Shown in pieces: positions 22,939 through 34,035 of a stretch of DNA of 64,000 nucleotides (its first letter is position 1; each line of letters opens with the position of its first letter). Both the position numbers and the translations under genes were made by a program. This DNA comes from an uncultured Gammaproteobacteria bacterium (GTDB lineage: Bacteria; Pseudomonadota; Gammaproteobacteria; CAWCPV01). The stretch spans positions 53,262-117,261 of the forward strand of contig CAWCPV010000013.1 of the NCBI GenBank assembly GCA_963797555.1, in the 5' to 3' direction. A model generated the notes under the pieces. That model did not search any database and was not told where the DNA came from. It saw only the letters and a program-made list of their open reading frames with translations.

Positions 22939-24315
22939 TCAAGGTGAGGGCTCGCGCCCCGTGCTCGCGCCGCTGGGCACCGGCCCCAACCCTTTTTCGC
23001 AGCGTGCGAACAGGTCGTGCTCCGACGCGCCAGTGACGGTGACCCTGAGGAAGTCGCCCGCCTTCGCGTCTCCCGTACCTTCGAGGTAGACCCTGCCGTC
23101 GATCTCGGGGGCGTCCATGGGACCCCGGGCGACGGCCTTGTCGGCGCGCACCTCGTCCACCAGCACCGTGAGATCCTGCCCCACCCGGCGGCGTAGCTTC
23201 TCGTGGCTTATCCGCTGCTGCAGCGCCATCAGGCACGCTCGGCGCTGCTCTTTGATCTCCTGCGACACGTGGCCGGGTAGGGCGTTCGCGGCCGCATGCT
23301 GCACCGGCGAGTACCCAAAACACCCCACGCGGTCAAGCTGGGCCTCCTCCAAGAAGTCGAGCAGCTCACCGAATTCTGCCTCGGTCTCACCGGGAAAACC
23401 CACGATAAAGGTGCTGCGCACGGTGATGTCCGGACAGACCTGGCGCCAGGCGCGGATGCGCCTGAGCACCCGCTCGCTGCTTGCGGGGCGGCACATGGCC
23501 TTCAAGATGCGCGGGCTTGCGTGCTGCAGGGGTACGTCCAGATAGGGGAGTACCTTGCCTTCGGCCATAAGGGGTAACAAGTCGTCCACGTGGGGATAGG
23601 GGTAGACATAGTGAAGCCGCACCCACGCTCCCAGCTCCCCGAGGGAGCGGGCCAACTCGTACAGACGGGTCTTGACCGGGCGACCGCGCCAGAAGCCGGT
23701 GCGATAGCCGATATCCAACCCGTAGGCGCTGGTATCCTGCGCGATAACGAGCAACTCCTTGACTCCCGCCCTCACGAGGTTCTCCGCCTCCTGCAACACC
23801 TCTGCGACCGGGCGGCTCACCAGGTCGCCGCGCAGAGAGGGGATGATGCAGAAGGAGCAGCGGTGGTTGCATCCCTCGGATACCTTGAGGTAGGCGTAGT
23901 GGCCCGGGGTCAGCTTGATGCCTTGCGGCGGGACCAGACTGGTGAACGGATCGTGCAGGGGAGGGAGGTAGGCATGTACGGCCGCCATCACCTCTTGCAG
24001 AGCATGCGGGCCGGTGACGGCCAGGACCTGCGGGTGGCACTCCCGCACCGTGTCGGCGCGAAATCCCAGACAGCCGGTCACGATGACGCGCCCGTTCTCC
24101 GTCAGAGCCTCCCCGATGGCCTCCAGGGACTCCTCGACGGCCTCGTCGATGAAGCCGCAGGTGTTTACCACGACGAGATCGGCCTCCCGGTAGGTGGGCA
24201 CGACCGCGTAACCCTCTGCCCGCAGTTGGGTCAGGACGCGCTCCGAGTCTACCAGGGCCTTCGGGCAGCCGAGGCTCACAAAACCGACCCGAGGCTCCTT
24301 AGCCACTCCTGCCAT
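22939..24315 (-). CDS. rimO: ribosomal protein S12 methylthiotransferase
   Basis: [27 protein letters not shown] radical SAM motif, C-terminal TRAM region (APEIDG). Confidence 0.95.
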   Translation of the reverse strand: MAGVAKEPRVGFVSLGCPKALVDSERVLTQLRAEGYAVVPTYREADLVVVNTCGFIDEAVEESLEAIGEALTENGRVIVTGCLGFRADTVRECHPQVLAVTGPHALQEVMAAVHAYLPPLHDPFTSLVPPQGIKLTPGHYAYLKVSEGCNHRCSFCIIPSLRGDLVSRPVAEVLQEAENLVRAGVKELLVIAQDTSAYGLDIGYRTGFWRGRPVKTRLYELARSLGELGAWVRLHYVYPYPHVDDLLPLMAEGKVLPYLDVPLQHASPRILKAMCRPASSERVLRRIRAWRQVCPDITVRSTFIVGFPGETEAEFGELLDFLEEAQLDRVGCFGYSPVQHAAANALPGHVSQEIKEQRRACLMALQQRISHEKLRRRVGQDLTVLVDEVRADKAVARGPMDAPEIDGRVYLEGTGDAKAGDFLRVTVTGASEHDLFARCEKGLGPVPSGASTGREPSP

Positions 24316-24733
24316 CCAAGAGTGAGGCCAGCCACCGGTCCGCCCGCAGCACCAGCGTCGCCCCGCCACCCACCGAAGCCGAGACTGCCAGGCCGACCCC
24401 GGCGCCATCCGCCACCATGTCCATGACCTCGAATGTCCGATAGGAGGTCATCCCCTGAAGGCATTCCATGAGGACACCCAATGCAGCGGCGGTCAGGGCC
24501 ACCACCCAGTGGTAGCGCCGCACATAAAGCTGGCAATACCAGCCCGCCAGAACGAAATAGGCGACGAGATGCTCGAGCTTGTCGCTCTCCGCCAAGGTGA
24601 TCTGGATGGGCCTCGGCGTGAGCGACAGATACACGATGGTCGCGACCAGCCCCCAACCGATGGAGGTCCACGGGCCTGCATATCGCACGGGCCAGCGGGC
24701 CGACGAACGGGGATCGGGGCGAAAGGGGGTCAC
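24299..24733 (-). CDS. VanZ-family membrane protein
   Basis: [23 protein letters not shown]; hydrophobic segments. Confidence 0.8.
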   Translation of the reverse strand: MTPFRPDPRSSARWPVRYAGPWTSIGWGLVATIVYLSLTPRPIQITLAESDKLEHLVAYFVLAGWYCQLYVRRYHWVVALTAAALGVLMECLQGMTSYRTFEVMDMVADGAGVGLAVSASVGGGATLVLRADRWLASLLDGRSG

Positions 24734-24824
24734 TGGGTTTCGGCTAGACCGTCACGCCGCGCCGGACGATGATGACTGCGGTGCGCCGCTCTTGCCACAG
24801 CACGCCGCGCCGCCGTCGAGAATC

Positions 24825-26345
24825 TCAGCGCCAGAACGTTCTCTGCTCGGCGAACCGTTCCCATGCAACCGGGAGATCTGCCAGCAGGCGTTGCGTCCGA
24901 CAGGCGTGCCAACCTTGTACGAGGCGCCCCGCGGGCGTGTCGGCGAGGCCGAGATCCCGCAGCCGGGACGCCGCGACGGCTCCGTCGTTCAGCCCTCCCA
25001 GGATGCTCTGCAGCCGTGCCAAGGCCTTTAGATACCGCCGGGCGCGCCCGGACGGGTAGATTTCCGTCAAGGATTCCGCCGTGTAGCGCAGCTTCTTGAC
25101 TCGGATACGCAGCCGGTGACGCTCCTCGGCCGTCAATGCCTGCGCCTGCTGACCGGCCCTGCGCAATTTGTGATGCCGCTCCTCCAGGATGCTGCCAGCG
25201 AACCCGACCAGCGGTGCATCCAACTGCTGGCGTTGCAACGGCGTCATCGCCTCGCGCCATCGGCGCCCGACCAGCCACCGCCCCATGCTCAGCAAGAGCG
25301 TGGTGTACCGAGAGGACCGGAAGGCCGCCAAGGCACGCTCCCACCCGTCGTCGACCGCTTGGTGGACGGCCGACTGCAGGTCCAGTACGGTCTCGTCCAC
25401 CGGCACCACGCTCGACAAAGGCACGAGGGTCTCTTGCTGCAACACGTCCCAGTCTCGCAGCGGCGCCAGCTCGCGGTTCAGCCACTTGGCCTCCTCTTCC
25501 AGCGCGCGGCTGGCGCGCCGCGGAACAATCGGGCGAAACAGGCTCAGGGCGGCCCGGAGCCGACGCAGCGCCACCCGCACTTGATGGATGCCCTCCCCGT
25601 CCCGGAGAACCGTTACCGCGTGATCGTTGCCTTCCAGATGCTCCAGGCAGCTGAACAGAATCGCGGCAAACGCGTCCTCGATGCCGATGTCGCGGATCAG
25701 CCCGACCGTCGTCGCCTTGGCCACCCCAGGGGTGGCATCGCCGCTCAGCAGAGCGTATCCACGCTCGGCCTTGGAGCGGTTCTCGACGGACATGTGGACG
25801 TCCGGAGCCAGGGCCAGCGCCAAGTCATAGAGCGCGTGCGCGTGCCCCCGTTTCAGCTCCAACTCCACCTCGCAGAGCGCCTGTGCGTGCTCCCCCGCGC
25901 GGATCTCGCCGTGGTCGACCGCCAGCTCGATCTGGGAGCCGTCCCCCCAGTGCAACGTGCGCGCGCTGCGCCAGAAGTCGGTGACGAACGCTGGCCGCAG
26001 CGCCGCGCGGGCAAGCATTTCGCGCACGTCCTCATCGGGGACCTTCTCTAACTCGAAGGCGGGCCCCGTCACCGGCTGTTCCCATTCGGAACGCTGGTGC
26101 AGCCCAAGGCGCGTCTGACCGTCTCCCTTGACGGCCTGCAGCCAGTGGCCGCCTGCCTTTCGCAGGCGGGCGGCCATGCCCCGCGCCCGCAGTTCGAGGT
26201 CGGGCGTATCGTAGTAAATGCTCACCAAGTGGCGGCGGACGGCCGCACCGCGCGTCGCGGCGCGCACCACCGGGTGCCCTGTGACGCGCCGGGTCTGGGC
26301 GGGATGCAGACGAAGCTTCAGCTCCGTCTCGGCGGCATCGTTCAC
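24825..26345 (-). CDS. CYTH + CHAD domain protein
   Basis: ETELKL, YYDTPD, EVELELK; HQVRVALRRLR, HRLRIRVKKLRY, LQSILGGLND. Confidence 0.9.
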   Translation of the reverse strand: MNDAAETELKLRLHPAQTRRVTGHPVVRAATRGAAVRRHLVSIYYDTPDLELRARGMAARLRKAGGHWLQAVKGDGQTRLGLHQRSEWEQPVTGPAFELEKVPDEDVREMLARAALRPAFVTDFWRSARTLHWGDGSQIELAVDHGEIRAGEHAQALCEVELELKRGHAHALYDLALALAPDVHMSVENRSKAERGYALLSGDATPGVAKATTVGLIRDIGIEDAFAAILFSCLEHLEGNDHAVTVLRDGEGIHQVRVALRRLRAALSLFRPIVPRRASRALEEEAKWLNRELAPLRDWDVLQQETLVPLSSVVPVDETVLDLQSAVHQAVDDGWERALAAFRSSRYTTLLLSMGRWLVGRRWREAMTPLQRQQLDAPLVGFAGSILEERHHKLRRAGQQAQALTAEERHRLRIRVKKLRYTAESLTEIYPSGRARRYLKALARLQSILGGLNDGAVAASRLRDLGLADTPAGRLVQGWHACRTQRLLADLPVAWERFAEQRTFWR

Positions 26346-27049
26346 TGCAGCTCTACGGCGCCCCGGACAGTCGCGCGCAAGCTCTCCTCGGCCGGCCGCC
26401 CAGGCGGGGGTGCGGGCCGCGGGGGCGGCTCTTTCTCAGCGGGCTCGACGGTGACCTCCAAGGCGGTCACCCGATAACTGCTCGCCTTGAGCGCCTTCTG
26501 GACCAGATCGGCGCGCACCAGAAACGCCTTGACCGCGTCTTCTACCAGCTTGTCCTCCGCCCGACGCCGCTCCTGAGGGGACAGCGAGAACCCCACCGAC
26601 TTGACGAAAGCCTTGCCCTGCAACCGACCCAGAACGTCCTCCAGCGCCGGGAACTGCGTACTGCTCAGATAGATTTCCTGCACACCCCGCCAGTGGCTGA
26701 AGCGATAGGGATCATAGCGGTCGTAGATAGGGTAGGTGCGATAGGCCCCGGTCGTCACTTGGATATAGGGAGACTCCTGTGCCGTCTTCACCGCGCCGGC
26801 CACGCTCTGGCGAACTGAGTCCGCGAGGCGCGCCAAGTCGCGTTCCTCGGCCTCGATGCTGAGGACCGCCTCCATGGTATCGTTCGCTACATCTCGCACG
26901 GTGGTGACCACCAGCTTCACCGGAGTGGGGCTACCCGCGGGCGTCTCCTTGCCGGCACCGGAAAAGTCGAACTCTGCCGCGGCGCTCCGCGCGGCGATAC
27001 CCGCGAGCAACAGTACGGGCAGGAGGCTAAGAGGAAGCAATCGCTTCAT
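26342..27049 (-). CDS. SIMPL (DUF541) periplasmic protein
   Basis: Signal peptide; VANDTMEAVL, TGAYRTYPIY, FSLSP..AVKAF..RA pattern. Confidence 0.7.
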   Translation of the reverse strand: MKRLLPLSLLPVLLLAGIAARSAAAEFDFSGAGKETPAGSPTPVKLVVTTVRDVANDTMEAVLSIEAEERDLARLADSVRQSVAGAVKTAQESPYIQVTTGAYRTYPIYDRYDPYRFSHWRGVQEIYLSSTQFPALEDVLGRLQGKAFVKSVGFSLSPQERRRAEDKLVEDAVKAFLVRADLVQKALKASSYRVTALEVTVEPAEKEPPPRPAPPPGRPAEESLRATVRGAVELQ

Positions 27050-27409
27050 GGCAGGTTTCCTTGAGATCGGGCGTACCGGCGCCTAATCTTATGAATTGGC
27101 TGACATACCCTCACGAAATGAAGCAGTCTACCACACGCACCCGGCGGGCGGGAGGACGACCCGTGGGGCCCGAGATCCCTCGCGTCTGCGCCATCGACGC
27201 CTCCCCGCCGTCGCGCAATGTCATGGGGTCCAATCCGCACGACGGGGCCCGGTCGCGACCTTTCCGCTCGGGCCGTTCTGGGCGTTCCAAGCTGGAGGTG
27301 CCCGCTGAGCCCTGGGCTGCATGCGCCGAGCGAGCCAACCGTTCGAGCGGGCGGATACTCGAGAGTGCCCCCGAGCGGCGAACGTCACTCCTGGCCAAAG
27401 GAGGTTGAA

Positions 27410-28639
27410 GTGAAGGACGAATACGACCCTGATGCGCTGTCCGTCGAAGAAGCGCTACACCGCATCGAGGCGGACATCCGACCCATCGGCGGGTTCGAGT
27501 GGCTGCCGATCAGGGACTCGCTCGAGCGCGTCCTTGCCGCAAACGTCCGCTCCCCCATCAACGTCCCGACGCACGCCAACTCGGCGATGGACGGATATGC
27601 GGTGGCGAGCGCCGACCTGGCGAACGATGGCGTGCGGGAGCTGGCCATCGTCGGAACGGCATTCGCCGGCAGGCCCTACGCCGGCACGGTGCACGCCGGC
27701 GAGTGTGCACGCATCATGACCGGGGGAGTAATCCCGAGCGGGACCGACACGGTCGTCCGGCAGGAGGACGTGGAACGCCTGGAGGGCGCGGTGCGCATCG
27801 GGCCGGGCCACCAGCCCGGGCAAAATGTCCGCCGCGCCGGCGAAGACATCGCCGCGGGGCAAATCGTCCTGAGGGCCGGGCACCGAGTGCGGCCGGCGGA
27901 TACCGGTCTCCTCGCATCTCTCGGCGTCGCGGAGGTGACGGTGCGGCGCAGGGTCAGGGTCGCCTTCTTCTCCACGGGCGATGAGTTGCGTTCTCTGGGA
28001 GAGCCGCTCCGGCCCGGAGAGGTCTACGACAGCAACCGCTACACGCTGCACAGTATGCTGCGGCGGCAGGGCGCTTCCCTCATCGACATGGGCGTGGTGC
28101 GCGACCAGCCGGAAGACCTGCAACGCGCGTTCCAGGAGGCCGCTGCCGTCGCAGACATACTGATCACGTCCGGCGGCGTCTCGGTCGGTGAGGCCGACTA
28201 CGTGAAGGAGACCCTGGAACGTTTGGGCCAGGTGAGCTTCTGGAAGATCTCCATGAAGCCCGGCCGACCGCTCGCCTTCGGACGCGTGCAGGATGCCCTT
28301 TTCTTCGGCCTGCCGGGCAACCCGGTGTCGGTGATGGTGACCTTCTACCAGTTCGTGCTGCACGCCCTGCAGCGCCTCAGCGGAGAGCTGCCTCGGCCGC
28401 GCCTGCGTCTGCGGGTGCCGTGCATCTCGCGGCTCAGGAAGACGGTTGGGCGCACCGACTTCCAGCGCGGGGTACTCGATGCGGGTTCAGACGGACGGCT
28501 GGTCGTCCGTTCGACCGGCCCGCAAGGCTCCGGGATCCTCAGTTCGATGAGTCAGGCCAACTGCTTCATTATCCTGCCCCAGGAGCAGGGCGACTTGGAG
28601 CCAGGCACCGAGGTGGAAGTGGAGCCCTTTGCGGCCTGA
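27410..28639 (+). CDS. moeA: molybdopterin molybdotransferase
   Basis: NSAMDGYA, RIMTGG, STGDEL, SGGVSVGEADY, MKPGRP, LPGNPVS; GGAGG RBS before GTG. Confidence 0.95.
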   Translation: MKDEYDPDALSVEEALHRIEADIRPIGGFEWLPIRDSLERVLAANVRSPINVPTHANSAMDGYAVASADLANDGVRELAIVGTAFAGRPYAGTVHAGECARIMTGGVIPSGTDTVVRQEDVERLEGAVRIGPGHQPGQNVRRAGEDIAAGQIVLRAGHRVRPADTGLLASLGVAEVTVRRRVRVAFFSTGDELRSLGEPLRPGEVYDSNRYTLHSMLRRQGASLIDMGVVRDQPEDLQRAFQEAAAVADILITSGGVSVGEADYVKETLERLGQVSFWKISMKPGRPLAFGRVQDALFFGLPGNPVSVMVTFYQFVLHALQRLSGELPRPRLRLRVPCISRLRKTVGRTDFQRGVLDAGSDGRLVVRSTGPQGSGILSSMSQANCFIILPQEQGDLEPGTEVEVEPFAA

Positions 28640-28698
28640 TTTGAGGCCAGGGAAGCGGGGTCGGAGGGCATCGCGGACCGGTGGCGGGTAAAACGCCC

Positions 28699-28903
28699 TC
28701 AGAGCTTGTGGAGAAAACGTCCCAAACGGCCCGAGAGCAAGGCGCACCTCTCAACCAGATAGGCGAGGAGCGACCGAATGGCAGCATAGCCATTCCGCAC
28801 GTCCGCGGGACGCCCCAAGGGGGTGGCGTACGGGGAGGTCGCCATGAGCACCGCGCAGCACCGGCTTATCGGGACGCGCAGCGCACCTCTTCACGAGATC
28901 TGA
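28699..28903. repeat. MITE-like element
   Basis: Imperfect IR TCAGAGCTTGTGGAGA / TCTTCACGAGATCTGA; shares GGGACGCGCAGC with 35772-35862. Confidence 0.55.
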
Positions 28904-29050
28904 TGCCTGATCGGGTCACACTCCGTTTCTGCGCCGAATGCGCATGCACGAGCGACAACCCGGTCCGCCACGCCCCTCGGTCATTTGCGCCGGGCAGCTC
29001 GCGGGCCCCACGACAGCGGGTAGAGTGGTGGTTGCGTACTGGATATCTCC

Positions 29051-29056
29051 TATAAT
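29051..29056 (+). promoter_or_regulatory. possible sigma70 -10 box for the PRTase-archease-rtcB-polX operon
   Basis: Perfect TATAAT about 50 nt before the ATG in GC-rich DNA; no convincing -35. Confidence 0.35.
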
Positions 29057-29104
29057 GCTGTGGGACCCGGAGCCGAGCCACCTGCGCGACGAGGCGCTCC
29101 TGCC

Positions 29105-29782
29105 ATGCCTGTACACGATCTCCCCGAACTTAGAGAAAAGACGCGGGTCTTCGAGGACCGCAACGAGGCGGGCCGCCTGCTGGCCGGCATGCTCGCAGCT
29201 CTGCGCGGCAGTGCCACCCTGGTGCTGGCGATTCCCGCCGGGGGCGTTCCGGTCGCCGCGCAGGTTGCGGAAGCCCTGGATCTGCCCCTGGACGTGGCCG
29301 TCGTGAGCAAGATCACCTTTCCCTGGAACCCTGAGTCGGGCTACGGTGCCGTAGCTTTCGACGGCACCGTCAAGCTGCAGCAGGGTATGATCTTCAATAT
29401 GGGTCTCGTGGAGACGGACATCAGCCAAGGCAAACAGCAGACCCTGGACAAGGTGAGGCGGCGCCTGAAGGATCTCCGCGGCCAGCGCCCTTTTCCGGAA
29501 CTGAAGGGACAGACCGTGGTGCTGATGGACGACGGACTCGCCTCCGGGATGACGATGGAGACCGCTGTCGAAGCCCTGCAGCGGGCGGGCGCCGAGCGTA
29601 TCGTAGTGGCGGTGCCCACGGGGCATGAGGCTGCCGTCCAGAGGATCGCCGAGAAGGTAGACGATGTGTTTTGCGCCAATGTCCGCGGCGGATGGGGCTT
29701 CGCGGTGGCCGATGCTTACCGGCACTGGACCGACGTTCGGGAGCACGAGGCGCTGGAGATCTTGAACCGCGTCAGCGGCTGA
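29105..29782 (+). CDS. phosphoribosyltransferase family protein
   Basis: FEDRNEAGRLLA, LAIPAGGVPVA, PRPP-binding VVLMDDGLASGMT. Confidence 0.9.
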   Translation: MPVHDLPELREKTRVFEDRNEAGRLLAGMLAALRGSATLVLAIPAGGVPVAAQVAEALDLPLDVAVVSKITFPWNPESGYGAVAFDGTVKLQQGMIFNMGLVETDISQGKQQTLDKVRRRLKDLRGQRPFPELKGQTVVLMDDGLASGMTMETAVEALQRAGAERIVVAVPTGHEAAVQRIAEKVDDVFCANVRGGWGFAVADAYRHWTDVREHEALEILNRVSG

Positions 29783-29806
29783 GCCGCGACCGGTGAGGGC
29801 GGCACC

Positions 29807-30235
29807 ATGACCGCGCATCGATCGCGCTGGGAGCACTTCTCCCACGGCGCCGATATCGGCATACGGGGTATCGGCGGCACACGCGAGCAGGCATTCGCCG
29901 CGGCCGCGACTGCGCTCACCGCCGTAGTCACCGATTCCGCCCAGGTTGCCCCGCGGGAGGCCGTCCAAATCCATGTTACGGCCGGGGATGACGAGACACT
30001 GCTGGTGGGGTGGCTCAACGAACTGGTCTACGAAATGGCGACACGCCAAGTTTTGTTTGGGCGCTTCGAGGTTCGCATCGAGGACGGGGACCTTGCCGCC
30101 ACTGCATGGGGCGAGCCCGTCGACGTCGACAGGCACCAACCGGCAGTCGAGGTGAAAGGGGCCACCTACACGGAGCTGAAGGTGGTGCGCATGGACGACG
30201 GCGCGTGGCTCGCCCAGTGCGTCGTCGACGTCTGA
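29807..30235 (+). CDS. archease
   Basis: [26 protein letters not shown]-terminal CVVDV. Confidence 0.92.
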   Translation: MTAHRSRWEHFSHGADIGIRGIGGTREQAFAAAATALTAVVTDSAQVAPREAVQIHVTAGDDETLLVGWLNELVYEMATRQVLFGRFEVRIEDGDLAATAWGEPVDVDRHQPAVEVKGATYTELKVVRMDDGAWLAQCVVDV

Positions 30236-30248
30236 GGAGGGAACCGCA

Positions 30249-31679
30249 ATGGACGCCAGCCGTCTGACGCGAAAATCCAGCTACGAGTGGCACATCCCAC
30301 CGACCGGCCACATGCACGTGCCCGCGGTGATCTATGCCGATGAACCGCTCATCGGGGCCATGGACGAAAAGGTGCGGGAGCAGGTGTGTAACGTGGCCAG
30401 CCTGCCCGGGATCGTGCAAGCCGCCTATTGTATGCCGGATGCCCACTGGGGTTACGGCTTCCCCATCGGCGGCGTGGCCGCCTTCGACCCCGACGAAGGG
30501 GGTGTCGTATCTGCAGGGGGCGTGGGGTTCGACATTTCCTGCGGCGTGCGGACGCTGCATACGGGTCTCGGCGCTCAGGACATCGAGGCGGTGAAGCCGA
30601 CCCTGGCCGACGCTCTCTTCTACCACATCCCCGCGGGCGTCGGCAGCACCGGCAGGATCCGTCTTTCGCCGACGGAGATGGATGCCATGCTGGCGGGCGG
30701 GGCGCGCTGGGCCGTGGACCGCGGCTACGGCTGGGAGGAGGATCTGGAGCGCATCGAGGGGCATGGGCGCGCGGCCGCAGCGCGGCCCGACCAAGTCTCC
30801 GACCGCGCGAAGAAGCGCCAGGAGAAGGAGATGGGCACCCTGGGCTCGGGCAACCACTACTTGGAGGTGCAGGAGGTCGCCCGCGTTTACGATGCGCACA
30901 TCGCCGAGGGCTATGGACTGCATGAGGGCGAAGTGGTCATCAGCATCCACTGCGGATCGCGGGGGCTCGGGCACCAGATCGGGACCGATTTCCTCAAACG
31001 CATGGTGGAGGCCGCGGCCGATTACGGCATACGGCTCCCGGACCGGGAGCTGGCCTGTGCGCCGCTCAACTCCTCCCTGGGCCAGTCTTACCTCGGGGCG
31101 ATGCGGGCCGGCATCAACTGCGCCCTGGCCAACCGTCAGATCATCACCGACCTCACCCGGGAGGCAGTGTCGCGGGTGCTGCCCGAAGCGAGGCTGACGC
31201 TCCTCTACGACGTTTCCCACAACACCTGCAAGGAGGAGGAGCACTGGGTGAACGGCAGGCCGCGGCGCCTCTTCGTACACCGCAAGGGTGCCACCCGGGC
31301 CTTCGGACCCGGCCACTCCGAGCTGCCGCAAGCGCTGCGCCCCTTGGGTCAGCCGGTGCTCATCGGCGGCAGCATGGGGACGGCGTCCTATGTCCTCGCG
31401 GGCACCGAGGAGAGCATGTCGCTCGCCTTCGGTTCCGCTTGCCACGGCGCCGGGCGCAGCCTGAGCCGTCACGCCGCGACGCGCCGGTGGCGGGGGCGCG
31501 AGGTGGTCGACGAGCTGGCGGAGCGCGGCATCCTGATTCGCAGCCACTCCTACCGCGGAGTCGCGGAAGAGGCGCCTGGGGCATATAAGGACGTGACTGC
31601 GGTGGTCGAGGCGGCGCACGAAGCGGGTCTCGCCCGGATTGTGGCGCGTCTGACGCCCATGGTCTGCGTGAAAGGCTGA
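30249..31679 (+). CDS. rtcB: RNA-splicing ligase RtcB (archease-associated type)
   Basis: MPDAHWGYGFPIGGV, DISCG, GTLGSGNHYLE, HCGSRG, HNT, HRKGA, SACHGAGR. Confidence 0.95.
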   Translation: MDASRLTRKSSYEWHIPPTGHMHVPAVIYADEPLIGAMDEKVREQVCNVASLPGIVQAAYCMPDAHWGYGFPIGGVAAFDPDEGGVVSAGGVGFDISCGVRTLHTGLGAQDIEAVKPTLADALFYHIPAGVGSTGRIRLSPTEMDAMLAGGARWAVDRGYGWEEDLERIEGHGRAAAARPDQVSDRAKKRQEKEMGTLGSGNHYLEVQEVARVYDAHIAEGYGLHEGEVVISIHCGSRGLGHQIGTDFLKRMVEAAADYGIRLPDRELACAPLNSSLGQSYLGAMRAGINCALANRQIITDLTREAVSRVLPEARLTLLYDVSHNTCKEEEHWVNGRPRRLFVHRKGATRAFGPGHSELPQALRPLGQPVLIGGSMGTASYVLAGTEESMSLAFGSACHGAGRSLSRHAATRRWRGREVVDELAERGILIRSHSYRGVAEEAPGAYKDVTAVVEAAHEAGLARIVARLTPMVCVKG

Positions 31680-31682
31680 GCC

Positions 31683-33407
31683 GTGCCAGCGCAGAACGCC
31701 GACATCGCGGCGGTCTTCGACGGCATCGCCGACCTCCTGGAGATCCAGGGCGAGAACGTCTTTCGAGTGCGCGCGTACCGCAACGCTGCGCGCACTTTGA
31801 AGGATCTCAGCGTCGAGGTGGTCAGCTTGCTGGCCAAGGGCGAGGACCTTACACAGCTTCCCGGCATCGGTAAAGATCTGTGCGCCAAGATCGAGGAGGT
31901 GGTGCGCACCGGCACGAGCACCAAGCTGGAGGAGCTGAAGGCGCAGGTGCCGGCCGGGCTCACGGCGCTCCTCAGGGTGCCCTCTCTGGGGCCACAGCGG
32001 GTAAAGGCCCTCCACCAACAGCTTGCCATCGACACCCTGGACCAGCTCTACGAGGCGGCGAAGTCGGGAAAGATCCGTGAGCTGCCAGGCTTCGCGGAAA
32101 AGACCGAGCAGCACATCCTCCAGGCCCTGGAGGATCGTCTGCAGAAGAAGGGTCAGCGTTTTCTGCTGGCGGAGGCGGCGCACGTCGCGGACGCCCTGGC
32201 GGCCCACCTCAAGGCCGTACGCGGGGTGAAAGAAGTCGTGGCAGCCGGCAGCCTGCGTCGTGCCAAGGAGACGGTCGGCGACCTCGACCTGCTGGTCACC
32301 GGCCGGCCCGACACCCCGGTCATGGACCGCTTTGCGAGCTACCACGAGGTCAAGGACGTAGTCTCCAAGGGTACCACCCGCTCGACCGTGGTTCTGCAGT
32401 CGGGCCTCCAAGTGGACCTGCGGTTCGTGCCCGAGGAGAGCTTCGGGGCCGCCCTGCACTACTTCACGGGATCCAAAGCGCATAACATTGCGGTACGCCG
32501 CAGGGGTCAGCAGAATGGCCTCAAGATAAACGAGTACGGTATCTTTCGCGGCGACCGGATGGTCGCCGGCGCCACAGAGGAATCCGTGTTCCGGTCCGTG
32601 GGGCTCCCGTATATCGCCCCCGAGCTGAGAGAGGACCGCGGAGAGATTGAGGCGGCCACGGCGCACCGCTTGCCGTCGCTGGTCGGCCTGGCTGACTTGA
32701 AAGGAGACTTGCACTGTCACACGAAGTCGAGCGATGGCCGTTCCACCGTGCGGCAGATGGCTGAGACGGCTCGCAAGCTCGGCCTGGACTATCTCGCCAT
32801 CACCGATCACTCCGGCCACCTGTACCCCGAGGACCACAAGGTATCTGCCGTCAAGCGATACGTGGAGGAGATCCGCCGCATCGATGGCGAGCTGTCGGGC
32901 ATCGCACTGCTCATCGGGATGGAGGTGGAAATCCTGAGGGACGGGAGCTTGAGTGTGCCCGACGACGTTCTCAGCAGCCTGGACCTCGTGCTGGGCGCCG
33001 TACACAGCCACTTCGACTTACCGCGTGAGCAGCAGACGGCGCGGCTGCTGCGCGCCATGGACCATCCCCATTTCACGATCCTCGCGCATCCCACCGCCCG
33101 CCAGCTCCTCCACCGCCCGCCCTGCGATTTCGATGTCGTTAAGGTCGTGAGACACGCTCGGCAGCGGGGTTGTTTCCTCGAGGTCAACTCGCAGCCGAAG
33201 CGTCTGGACTTGGCGGACATCCACTGCCATCTGGCCAAAGAGGAAGGCGTGCTGCTCGCCATCGATAGCGACGCCCATGTTGCAGAGGACCTCCTCAATC
33301 TGCGCTGGGGTGTCGGACAGGCCCGTCGCGGGTGGCTGACCAAGAAGGACGTGCTCAATACTCGCCCACTCGAGGACCTGCGCCCGTTGCTCGCACAGAC
33401 CATGTGA
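31683..33407 (+). CDS. polX: DNA polymerase X / PHP domain protein
   Basis: FRVRAYR, GSLRR..GDLDLL, FTGSKAHN, NEYG; PHP motifs DLHCHT, TDH, AHP, DSDAH. Confidence 0.93.
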   Translation: MPAQNADIAAVFDGIADLLEIQGENVFRVRAYRNAARTLKDLSVEVVSLLAKGEDLTQLPGIGKDLCAKIEEVVRTGTSTKLEELKAQVPAGLTALLRVPSLGPQRVKALHQQLAIDTLDQLYEAAKSGKIRELPGFAEKTEQHILQALEDRLQKKGQRFLLAEAAHVADALAAHLKAVRGVKEVVAAGSLRRAKETVGDLDLLVTGRPDTPVMDRFASYHEVKDVVSKGTTRSTVVLQSGLQVDLRFVPEESFGAALHYFTGSKAHNIAVRRRGQQNGLKINEYGIFRGDRMVAGATEESVFRSVGLPYIAPELREDRGEIEAATAHRLPSLVGLADLKGDLHCHTKSSDGRSTVRQMAETARKLGLDYLAITDHSGHLYPEDHKVSAVKRYVEEIRRIDGELSGIALLIGMEVEILRDGSLSVPDDVLSSLDLVLGAVHSHFDLPREQQTARLLRAMDHPHFTILAHPTARQLLHRPPCDFDVVKVVRHARQRGCFLEVNSQPKRLDLADIHCHLAKEEGVLLAIDSDAHVAEDLLNLRWGVGQARRGWLTKKDVLNTRPLEDLRPLLAQTM

Positions 33408-33486
33408 GCCGGCCCGCGCGACGCATGCCGCCCGACAGCGGGGTGCCGGCGACGCACCGCACCCGCGCCAAGGCCGGGAGCCACCG

Positions 33487-34035
33487 ATGGCCAAGTTCTA
33501 CCGACTGCTGGATGACAACCTGCGAAGCTTCATGGCGGCGCAGCGGCTGTTTTTCACCGCCACCGCGGCAGACAACGGGCGCATCAACCTATCCCCCAAG
33601 GGCATGGATACTCTCCGCTGCCTGGACAACCGCACGGTCGCCTACCTGGATCTCACGGGGAGCGGCAACGAGACCGCGGCCCACTTACGGCAGAACGGGC
33701 GGATGACCCTCATGTTCTGCAGCTTCGACGAGCACCCACTGATCCTGCGCCTGTACGGCCGCGGTAGGGTGGTGCCACAAGACACATCGGAGTGGGCCAG
33801 CCTTCGCCCCGAGTTCCCGCCGCTGCCCGGCGCACGTCAGATCATCGTGCTCGCCCTGGAGTCTCTGCAGACTTCCTGCGGCTTCGGCGTACCGGTCTAC
33901 GCGTTCCTGCGCGAGCGTCCCACGCTGCGCGACTGGGCGGCCAAGAAGGGCGAACAGGGCATCGTCGACTACCGGCGCGAGAAGAACCGCGTCAGCATCG
34001 ACGGACTGCCTACAGGTATTTCGGACGAAAACTAG
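33487..34035 (+). CDS. pyridoxamine 5'-phosphate oxidase family protein
   Basis: NLSPKG, LDLTGSGNETAAH, QTSCGFGVP, SIDGLP. Confidence 0.85.
   Translation: MAKFYRLLDDNLRSFMAAQRLFFTATAADNGRINLSPKGMDTLRCLDNRTVAYLDLTGSGNETAAHLRQNGRMTLMFCSFDEHPLILRLYGRGRVVPQDTSEWASLRPEFPPLPGARQIIVLALESLQTSCGFGVPVYAFLRERPTLRDWAAKKGEQGIVDYRREKNRVSIDGLPTGISDEN

Noticed and set aside
30015-33011. 998-aa minus-strand ORF
   Set aside because: Antisense shadow of rtcB and polX in GC-rich DNA; no recognisable motifs
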